Assembly (NCBI GenBank): GCA_025201805.1 | Contig: MU619273.1 | Coordinates: forward strand, 62,001 to 126,000 | DNA length: 64,000 nucleotides | Reading direction: 5' to 3' | Origin: Parasitella parasitica NRRL 2501 | Taxonomy: Eukaryota; Fungi; Mucoromycota | Part shown: positions 52,960 to 64,000 of the stretch, piece after piece | Layout of the letters: every line of letters begins with the position of its first letter | How positions within the stretch are numbered: the stretch's first letter is position 1 | The notes under the pieces: model-generated | The model's input: the letters and a program-made list of their open reading frames with translations, nothing else | Told to the model about the DNA's origin: nothing | Database searches by the model: none | Program-made: the position numbers and the translations under genes

Positions 52960-55831
52960 ATGTCCTCTAACTTGGATATAAGCGATGAAGATGACGAAGT
53001 TTTCTTTGAAGTCGAAGAAATCGTGCAAATGTTTATAACTGATTCTGGCACTCGCATGTTTGAGATTAAGTGGAAAGGTTATGGTTCAAAGTAGTAAGTA
53101 GGTCAAAAATGTGAAACTTGTGTATTTAAATTAACAAATTCAATTCAGAGTGAAAGATATCATTGAGATCTATACTTTCAAGTGATTTTAACCTAACTGC
53201 TAGTGAAAATACATACGAACCAGAGGAGAACTTGAATTGCCCAGAGATTTTAAAAGCATTTCTCGAAAACCACGAAAAAGAAAACAAGAACAAACATAAA
53301 GACGGCCGGCCTCCAGTAAAGAAAGTAACGTTCAATTTCAAAAACAATTCGAGTTTGTCGCCTGGGACACCGCCGGTTTTAGCGAAAAAAGGCCGTGGAA
53401 AGATTGAGGTTAGTCCGAGCAATAGTAATCACCAGGATAAGCATGTACCGATCAGCACAATAAAAAAAAGGGATAAAGGGAAAGATATGGAGAAAGGAAA
53501 GGAGAAAGAGAAAGGAAAAGAGAAAGAAACAGTGCAAGATAATGGCACGGATTTTGGTTTAGGGAATCAACAACAGCAGCAAAAAATATCCCAAGAAGAT
53601 CCACGAAAGAAGACATTATCGTTTTCATTTTCTTCTCCTTCAGCTCCACCCGTTCAAAGAAGCTATAATACCCCAACAAAAGTAAGTAAGTTTTGTTTCC
53701 TATCACATTCTTTACTTAATTTTTTTTTTCATTTAATACTTAGCCATCGCTTTTCATTCATCCACAACCTCCTTCCTCTTTCAAAACCTTGAAGCGATCC
53801 CTTACCCCGAAATCTCCAGTGAAACGTAAGTCTTGGACAATTGTTCAGCATATTGTAATAACTGAATCAATCTTTCGATTCAAGCGAATGTTGGTATAGA
53901 CAGCATATTGGATAATATTCACGGAACAAATCGACAGAATACATCACCTACCAAAGCAACATCATCCACACGACCTATTCAGCCTACACCCGGCACATTT
54001 TCAACTTATCAAAATACAAATCAATCTTTACCTAGTCCAACCGCTCAAAATTTTCGTAAAATTACTCCAAATATGCCGGATGTTACTGCCCAGAAGCAAT
54101 TGCCTCAGCAACAGCCGCAAATATCGACACACCTACCGTCGCATTCGCAACCCCCATCACCACAATTGCAACAGCATGAGCCTTTTTTCCAACAACTTCC
54201 TGTGTTACCTATAAAGCGACAGACATCGAGGCCTGACCCTAGACTGGTTGCCAATGAACGAAAAAAGCTCAAACTAAGCAACAACGAACCCTTTACGATC
54301 CAGGTCATTTTAAAGAAGGGAAACGAGGATGTTTGTAAAGTAATATTAAAAGGTAGTATGGATAAGGTGGTACAGCCTGTACGCATAAGGTGAGTTTCAT
54401 ATAGCTGTTCAATTAGGGGTCTGATATTAAACTATTGTCCGTTCAGGCACCTGCTACAATTACAAAATCCTAAAGGAAACGAAGTTGTCATCAAGACTTT
54501 CTTACCGTTGAAAAGATTGAATGATTTCCTGACAGACAAGATTATGAGCTTTATGTCAATTCTACCAACTGACCACTACATACAGGCAAGTAAATTAAGA
54601 GGATTCATGTCCGTGAACGAAATTGCTGGTGTAGTGTCCCATCCGCAAATGCCAACGGAAGCACTCTTTATCATGGCATCGAGAGACATGTCTAAATTAT
54701 CCAACATGCCAGCCGATACTGAAATCGACCCTGCCCGACTAGATCAACTGTGTGCTATATTCATTGGTAATCTGCCACCTCGCCCACAGTTGGATACAAA
54801 AGACTTGGATTATCTGGATACTGATGGAGAGCATTTGTTTACTTGGCGCCAAATGTGTAAATATTTCAAATTTCCACCACAGGTAAGTGAGCAGCATGAT
54901 ATATAAAAGAAAGACTCCTGATATTCACTCAATTAACCGTGCAGTGGAGGCATCAATATCAATCAACAAACTTTCTCGTTTATGGACATTCGGAATTAAG
55001 TATCATGTTGACAAAAGCAACGCAGAGCTTGCCTCCAGTAACCAAAAAGCCAACAAATGCTCTTTTGCCTCACAACATTATGATGGTAGCTAGTCACTTG
55101 ATTTATTCAAACCAGTATGTACTAATGTACACTATTTCAGTTTGACAGGTTCAATAATGAAGTCCAATTTAAAAACCTACTGAAGCACAAGCGAGAACCA
55201 GTTACTCAGATCTGGGAATTTGGTGTGCCTAATTTCTACTATGGAGACATAGAGCCTGCTTGCGAGGTGTTCCCTCAGCATTCAGGCGGGTTCATCACAA
55301 CAGACGTCAACAACATTGTCAATAACCCTCAAATCATAAAAGACATTTGTACCCAGATCAAAAAAGTAAGTGCTACGTCTGCGATATGATAGTTTGTATA
55401 TATCATTTATCTCTTGAGTGTTTAGTTTAATGATGTACCTATCGCATTTGGAGAATGGAAGTTTGTATTACCTCACAACTTTCTCCAGTATTTCAAAAGG
55501 ATGACAAGCAAAGGGCAAAATGGTACACGGTAAGTAATTCAGCGTCCGGTGGGGACAAATATACTAAAGCTGGTTTAGAATTCAAGAAGCAATCGTCAAC
55601 ATTACCATTGCCTTGAGTAATGGCGACATTGACATAATGCGAACATGGCCAGAAGAAAAAGAGGAGCCCAATTTTATAGTGTTCATGAAGCACGTCCTAC
55701 GTGAATATTATAAAACCCACCAGTACTTTGTCTACGTGGACGACATGAATTCAGTTGCTGCAAAAACCAAGGAGGCACACGTCAGTATAGATTTTGTCAC
55801 TACTGATAACATCTTCAAGACTTTTTCTTAG
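52960..55831 (+). CDS. Chromodomain protein with C-terminal SPOC-like/PIN-like region (Chp1-like architecture)
   Basis: N-terminal FEVEEIV...[27 protein letters not shown] (chromodomain), a long disordered linker, then a globular C-terminus (KLRGFMSVNEIAGVV...ALFIM; EVFPQHSGGFITTD). The chromodomain call is secure; the C-terminal domain calls are tentative. Confidence 0.75.
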
Positions 55832-55954
55832 TCTCTGTATGATTATTGTATATATTTCCTCATTGCACAATTTATAAAAATATATCAGTTACTTGTTGCC
55901 ACTTGGAATTTTATTTACAAAAGCAATTGTAGCTGTTTGGGTGTGTCTGGATGC

Positions 55955-56770
<816 letters not shown>

Positions 56771-57606
56771 TGAAATGATGATAAAATAGCAAGGAGAGAA
56801 AAGAGACGACGCGATCCCTTCCAAATGTAAATGGACCTCTGAGTCCTAATGCAAAAGATGTTGATGAAACAGTCTCAACATTTCTGCATGAACCAAAGCA
56901 GACTAAGGCGTATGATAGTACAAGAAGCTCTCATTCTTTAATTTCCAATTAATAAAGACAGGTCTCTGGTATACTGCACCATTATGGTTGCCATTTGGCA
57001 GGGGAAAATATCTTGAGCGCATAAATATTTACCTGCATTAACTTCCGCGCGGTTTCTATCAAAGTGATTTCTTTGTGTTGGTAGTCAAGATGCTAAACTT
57101 TGGATCACCAAATTTAACACATCCCTAAAATCCATAGGCGATATATATTTATTAAATCACAGTAAATATTCTCTATAAAGCCTAGAATAGTGCAAGTAAT
57201 ATTATTCACTAGATAATCTACCAATATTATATTATATGATTACTTGAATGTTTTCGAAATAGTGCAGAAATACTAACAGTTGATCGCATTTGTATTTCTT
57301 TGGTTTAATATGCTTTTTCATACACATGAAAGACTCAAGAGAAACGATACAAAATTCAGCAATTCTTTAGCACTAGACAGACTGTGTCCAGATGAAAAAC
57401 ATCGAATTAATAGCGACATGTGCTCTTCATACACTTTTTGAATGATTGTACTGCAGGTCCATTAAGAACTGATTTACGCAATCCATGCTACATCAACCGA
57501 AACAGTGACGCACAGGTGGCTTTTGTTGGTTCAAACTGCGGTGAAGAGCGTGTCTTCTTCCCTTCTGTTACTTAAACTCTTTTAGAGTACAAAAAGAGTA
57601 CAAATT

Positions 57607-59715
57607 ATGGACCCTAAACAGGTAAATGTCGTAACGAGTGTAAAGCCAAACAGAGGTTAATAGATTAAATTCCTGGTAGCAAGCGCTTATTGACGCAAAG
57701 AGAGCTGAAATTTTGGCCAAGCTGCAAAAATTTCAAAAGCCTGGAGGCTCTCTTAATCCTAGTGCACCACCTGCTCAAGCAAGCCCACGCCCAGCTCAAT
57801 CTCGCTCGTCAGCATCAATACCGACACCAGCACCAGCACCATCACAATCTAAACATAAATCATCTCGAGCTCCACCTGCCAAGAAAGTTGTACCGATTCC
57901 GGCGCCTCCCTCAGCAGGTACTAGTGGTGGGTTGAATTTGGTTGAACTCCAAAGACGAATTGCTGAAGCAAAGACTCGTCTTACTGGGGCTCCTGCTGGT
58001 GTAAGTTGATCTAATTAAATTTTCTGCTACATCTGCTAACATTCTTTCCCTTGCAATAGGGTCGTTCTGTGATCGGTGGCCCTTCTACACGTACAAACGA
58101 GACTAAACCGCCTGGCATGCCTTTCGACAAATCTGGGAAAATTGATCTAAAAGCAATGATGGACATTGGCATTATACCGAGACGAGAAACCACAAATTCA
58201 AGGGTGAATGTTAGAAAACTTGTTGCTCAAATATCCTCTGATTTTTTTTTTTTTTTTTGGAATAGGCCATGCAACGAGCAAATCAAGGCGCAACGCCCTC
58301 TATACCAGCTGCAGCCGAAAAAAAACCTCTGAAGATTCTAGACGAAGTGCCTGCCGATTTCACAGACCCTACAAAGAATCCTTACTTTGATCCGTCCATG
58401 GAAGTCAAAATTATACCTAAATCTCGTCGCTCACGACAATTGAAATTTGTGCAGCCTGGTAAATACATTGATATTGCTAATCAAGAAAGAGCTAAAGCAC
58501 AGCTGGAGAAATTGAAGCAAGAAATCACTGAGAGCGTAAAGAAGGCCGGTATGCAAACTGAATTGGATGTGTCAGATAAAGTGATCAAAGTATATATAAT
58601 TGTTTAGACAAAGCAGATGTTTGATTGATACTAAATAACTTTTATAGCGAGATGCTCCTCCAGCAGTAGAGTGGTGGGATGCGCCATTTTTGGCTAACAA
58701 GACATACGAGGATTTAAATGAAAATGAAATCAACCCTGATAAATTCGATACTTTGGTTACAATGTATGTTCATCATCCTGTTATTATTAAGCCACCTGGA
58801 GAAGTCAATGCAACACCTGTAGTCAGATCATTAATGTTGACAACAAAAGAACGCAAAAAGATGAGAAGACAACGAAGAGCAGAGGCATTGAAGGACAAGC
58901 GTGATAAAATTAGGCTGGGGCTATTGGAGCCGGATGCTCCTAAAGGTAAAATACGCAGTGTAGAACGCCATATAAATGAGTATTCATGAAGCATACTATA
59001 GTTAAAATCAGCAATTTGATGAAAGTTTTGGGAGAAGAAGCAATCCAAGATCCTACTAAAGTGGAAGCCAAAGTGCGAAAAGAGATGGAACTTCGCCAAA
59101 AGATGCACGACAAAGCCAATGAACAACGAAAATTGACACCTGAAGAAAGACGGGCCAAGATCTTGAACAAGCTCAAGGATGATCAGAAGACCTCCAACGA
59201 GGTAGCAGTGTTTAAGTAAGTTCCAAGTTGCGTGAAGGAGGTTTGTTTTTAATTCGAGGAATAGAATTAAATCTTGCTCTCATCCCAAGCTACGATACAA
59301 GATTGAAATCAATGCTCAACAGCATCAATTAACTGGCATTGTCATTGTTCATCCCAAATGCAACATTGTGATTGTTGAAGGGGGGCCCAAAGCCATCAAA
59401 GCCTACAAAAAACTGATGCTTAGACGTATCGACTGGAATGACATGCCGCCGCCCAAGAATTTAGAGGCAGATGAAGCTGCCATGGACATTGATCAAACTA
59501 ATCCTTACGGTCTTGCTGATGGAGAAGAGAACAAGTGCTTTTTGGTTTGGACAGGCCAGGTCAAATCAAAATCGTTTAAAAAGTTCACTTGGCGTTCGTT
59601 TGAAAGTGAAAAGATGGCTAGAGAAGAACTCGGTAAATGGAATGTAGAGAATTATTGGGATGTTGCTTTGGCCAGCACAGATGAAGAATTGGCTGCTAGA
59701 CAACCTCAATTATAA
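57607..59715 (+). CDS. PRP3: U4/U6 snRNP protein Prp3
   Basis: NPYFDP, VEWWD, LTTKERKKMRRQRR, KIRLGLLEP, ISNLMKVLGEEAIQDPTKVEAKVR and VEGGPKAIKAYKKLMLRRIDW. Confidence 0.95.
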
Positions 59716-59965
59716 ATAAAATTATCTTATATATGTATTTTTAATGACATATTGTTGAATGATCTTGTCAAGGCTTTGCATGGACCAAGCAATGTGCAAA
59801 ACAGTTGAAATCAGCTACACCTGATGAGAAACTCCGCGTTGCCTTCCTCCGGACAGTTTGTTGAAGGAAACCGGATTTTAATCAACCGAAGAAATCAAAC
59901 TACCAAAGAGGTTCCAAAACAACAACTGTTGTGCAACTCCTCTTCTTTTCTTTGTGAATTTAACA

Positions 59966-60578
59966 ATGGTGAGTAGATGATAAGCCAACCTATCCATCCA
60001 TCCATCTACCCATACAGACAGACCTAGATAGCCAGTTTTTAGATGCGTATCTACATTTGCGACAGATCGACAATGTCTATATGAATACAAATCTGAATGG
60101 GAGTGGAATGGTGGACGTTCGCCACATTGAAAAGCATTAGGAAATTGACTCTTTCCTTCAATATTCAATTTAGGTCAATATTCCCAAGACCAGAAACACC
60201 TACTGTAAGGGTAGCAAGTGTAGAAAGCACACTCCTCACAAGGTCACTCAATACAAGGCTGGTAAGGCCTCTCTCTTCGCCCAAGGTAAGAGACGTTATG
60301 ACCGTAAGCAATCCGGTTATGGTGGTCAGACCAAACCCGTTTTCCACAAGAAGGCCAAGACCACCAAGAAGATCGTTCTTCGTCTCGAATGTACTGGTAA
60401 GTAGCGAATTTTTATACTTTTTTTTTTTTTTTTTTTTTTTGCTGGAGAGTTATCCCTAAAATAATAATCATCGTGTATTTTAGCCTGCAAGTACAAGATG
60501 CAACTCGCTATCAAGAGATGTAAGCACTTTGAATTGGGTGGTGACAAGAAGACCAAGGGTGCTGCTCTTGTTTTCTAA
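59966..60578 (+). CDS. RPL42: 60S ribosomal protein eL42 (L44/L36a)
   Basis: ATG, intron, then [13 protein letters not shown]...[36 protein letters not shown]...[13 protein letters not shown]. Confidence 0.97.
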
Positions 60579-61827
60579 GCATATTGTGTTTATCTTGGCA
60601 TGGATCAATGCCATTTTGATCGTTTTCAAATAAAAACTTTTAAAAAAAAATACATTTGACCCTTTAGATCTACTGTTTGAAGAATCCAACTGTCATTCTT
60701 TCAGCGTCTGTGCCCCCCCCCCTGACTAAAAAGATAGTACATCACACTTGCTATATTTGCGGGTTGTTGCAAGTGCCTTGACGTAAAAACTATTGATGAT
60801 TCCAATTGCAGTATTTATCATCTATCGTATACTAAGATACAGAATTTCCCTAAATTTACTTGCTCAAAGTATTCTGAGAAATCAGTTGTTATCACACGCA
60901 GCTGTCAAACATGTGTACATCTATACAGTGCATAACAATAATTTTTTTGTATTTATATAGGCTATTCTGTATTTTAGAACATTAGCAGATGCGAATAAGC
61001 TTCTTTATTTTTAAAGCGTATCAAAGCAGGCTCTGATATGGAATCAATGCCTAATGAGAATCGATCAATACAAACAACAGCAAAAAAAAAAATTACTTCT
61101 ATGAATCGTTAGGCCTTTTAAGCTGGATTTCCATGTAATAAGCAACCTCATCCTCAAAATATCTATAGAAATATCGATATAGTTCAAACACACTTACATA
61201 CCTACCCAAATCATTCTAAATTTAAACTCTACTGTATTTTTCCTATATTGTTCCTTACACTAACTCTTAAAGTGTAAACATTATCAGTAATGACTATACT
61301 AAGATGATAGCTGTCTCCTTCAAATCCTCGCAAGAATATTAATTTAAACAGTGTGTAAGCCAGCTTTACGGCGTTTGCCTGTTGTGAGGATATAACTCTT
61401 CAAATGCAGAGGCCAAGAATAGTAATATAGCACTCAAAGATGTGTGCTTGTGTACCTATATATCATCAGGGACTTAATTGTATAAGACAATAGACAGGAA
61501 CCGGAATGTATTGTTAGAGTGGGTTTATTCAAAATACAAACCAAAGAATCGGATGAAAACTGATGAAAAGAATAGGATGTTTGGTAAACGAAGGAAGTAT
61601 TTATACTAAATGGCTTCAATGTCTAAGTCTCTGCAAGACGTTGGCTCACATGAATATAACCTAAACGCAGTGTAATTGGAAATATCATAAAAATCTTGGT
61701 CAGAAGAGTTTGTAATTAGAGACCAAATGTCTTGCATAAGCTGAGCTTTAGGTTGTAAAACAATTAGGAGTAAACTATAGCATTATCTGGATAATGATCT
61801 ATAATTAAACATGACGAATTCAAAACA

Positions 61828-63926
61828 TTAGTGGAAATACAAAGAGAACGTGTTATAAAATAAGCTATCTACATCATATACAGGTGTATGTTTATGAATG
61901 GGTGTGTTATCCTGATGGCAGATTGTTTCCTTTTCTCTAGCATTTTCTTATACCTTCAGTTATTTTAAGGTCTTCTTGTGTAGAAGGTCTTGTCAGACAA
62001 GTACCAGGTAGGGTTCTCTATATCCAATTGCACAGTAGAAGAGCTAAGCAAATCTGTGCCAACTTTTCTATAATATTCGAAAGGTTCAAAAGTGTGTGTC
62101 TTTTGCGAAGCCAGTTACGTAAATTTCAGGCGCCTAATTTTCTTTTTTGGATCTTCAGTATGTTATTGTCANNNNNNNNNNNNNNNNNNNNACGAAAACA
62201 ATGCTTGGTGATCTCAAACACAAAAAAAGTAATGCACTACACTATAAGACACGTTTTAGTTACACATTTGCATAGTTTAGAGCAAGTTTTCTGTACTTTT
62301 CAAGTTGGCATCAGATGAAAGGAAGCAATTTTTTTGACTTTTTTTCGGAAAAGTATTTTTAAAAATCGGAGCGTGAGATCGTCAAGCCAGATAAAAACAT
62401 GTAAGTACTACCATTAGAAAGCCAAAAAGCACAACATTTGAATAAGCTAAGTTACAGTTGTTTTTCTCTTGAACTGGGTAAGCTGTGGCTATTCAAAGCT
62501 AATGCTTCCTTCAAAAAAAAAAGGCACCGTTTTTCTTTGATAGCGGAGATTAAATGCATCCAAAATTAGGAAGAAAAAATTCTTTCAAAAACTCCATTTG
62601 GACAATTAGAAAACAAAATTACTTTTTTAAGACAAGATATCATCCTCTGATACTATGCATACCACGGCTGTCAGTCTATGATAATAGCTGTATTTTTGGA
62701 CGCTCTAAACGATGGTATTATTTCATAATTCTCGTATGCTTATGGAAGGAGTTGTGTCGAGAAAACCTCAAAACAGATTAAGAGAGAAAAGTCAATATTT
62801 TGCTTAATCAGAGCGCATTTGCAGTCTTTCAGATCATAGAATGACCTTTCACGATCATTTTCTTCCAATATATGCTATAGTAAAAAGTTGGATTTTTGGG
62901 GTCAAAATTGAGGATAATGCGTAATCGATGATTTTGGATGTGTGGATACAAGGAAAAAATCGAAAAAATCCATGATTTTGCATCGAAAAAAAAAATCATG
63001 CTCAAATTGCACCAAAATCATATATAATATAGTTATTTCCCAAAGGATACTATTTCTGGTGTTTTTAGGGCACTTTTGATTATGAAAATTAGTCAAAAAT
63101 GGCATGCGAAGCTGAATTTTTTGCTTTTAAGCTGCAAAAATATCTACTTGGAGGTGATATCTCGTCAATATTAATTTTAGTACATGACACAGCTCTATAA
63201 AAATAAGTATTTTTAATGCTGCAAGTATACCTTTCTTCATAATAATATGATAAAACAGGTGCGGCTCATCGAGTTGGAAGCAGAAGAGGATAATTAATGT
63301 AATTACCCCTTGCCATTTGTCAAAGTTGCTAATTGCTATTGACAGAGAAGCCGTGTTACCCTTGTTGCTTTGAATAATGATTAATGTCAGTTGAAGAGTT
63401 CCTTTTTTTATGTTTCTAATGCTAAGCATGTAAAATAGAGAGTGAAGTAGAGGCTGGGATTGAGGTTGAGAGTAATTTTACTGCAAAATTGAGCTTCATA
63501 ATAAGCTTCTGGTAGATTCCAGGTTCCAGACACTGTACTGTAGAGTATTACATTCTGAACAGGGGATAAATAAAGCTTACTTGGAGGTCTAATTTCTAAA
63601 GGATATGTCAGAAATAACTTACCAACATGTAGACTTTATGGAATTCAAACAATATTGTATTATGGACTGTTGGTGATTGTTCAGTTTCAATCTCTGAAGT
63701 ACATGTCGACATGTTGATAACGCGTTTTGATTGTATTGAAATATGGGATAATCTAAAATAGAAATCTAAAATTGTGATTGTCCCTACTTGAAATAAAAGG
63801 TTTGTTATCAAAGACCCTAATGTATATCATCACAAACACCTGACATTAATCATTTACTTGAACCTTTTTTTTTTTTTTTCAGAAACCATAAAAATATTGA
63901 CTTTTGTAAAATGACTAGGGATTCAG
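61828..63926 (-). mobile_element. Second, inverted copy of the 7273-9708 Tc1-like element (one TIR retained, internal deletion)
   Basis: The reverse complement matches 7273-9480 collinearly (e.g. aaaaatacagctattatcatagactgacagccgtggtatgcat is identical). TIR at 63815-63926 is followed by TA. It retains DNTPIHK and lacks the counterpart of ~9258-9430. Confidence 0.85.
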
Positions 63927-64000
63927 TAATAAGTTATAGGTTAGCAAGTTAGTTCAGCAAATCACTGCTTAAATAACATTCACATCTGCTTTAGACATTA

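Noticed and set aside
59969-60173. Possible C/D snoRNA in the long RPL42 intron (similarly GGC1 intron 13585-13741)
   Set aside because: Only imperfect C boxes and no recognisable rRNA-complementary guide; needs snoscan/Infernal.
60324-60341. eL42 cycloheximide-resistance site
   Set aside because: Reads GQTKPV, the ordinary Pro (sensitive) allele.
61340-61650. Possible LINE 3' relic (also 18150-18790 and 38400-39200)
   Set aside because: Similarity too weak to support without a search.

Overview
AT-rich, intron-rich eukaryotic DNA with mostly ~50-70 nt GT-AG introns. Gene content and transposon types point to a Mucorales fungus (Rhizopus/Mucor-like); this is an inference. I reconstructed about 24 protein-coding genes by manual splicing: Vps34, peroxisomal nitronate monooxygenase, GGC1 carrier, a DUF262 (GmrSD-N/ParB-like) protein head-to-head with a ZGRF1-type helicase, septin Cdc3, OGG1 head-to-head with an FHA kinase, an Rsc58/BRD7-like protein, SRR1, proteasome beta2, RNase H1, an aldo-keto reductase, CYRI/FAM49, a tetraspanin, Ras, a chromodomain protein with Chp1-like architecture, an E2, Prp3, eL42 and several hypothetical proteins. 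Mobile DNA includes a decayed ~2.4 kb TIR Tc1/mariner-type element (7.3-9.7 kb) with an inverted second copy (61.8-63.9 kb), a pogo-derived MITE with TA TSD, another Tc1 relic and a LINE 3' relic. There are four assembly gaps. The most notable observations are: (1) an intact, spliced DUF262 gene sharing a 165 bp divergent promoter with ZGRF1; (2) a chromo+SPOC-like(+PIN-like) Chp1-type protein; (3) an obligatory 2-nt micro-exon in Ras; (4) a long/short pair of intronless 'AYDDL' coiled-coil paralogs. All exon boundaries are manual predictions and no searches were run.
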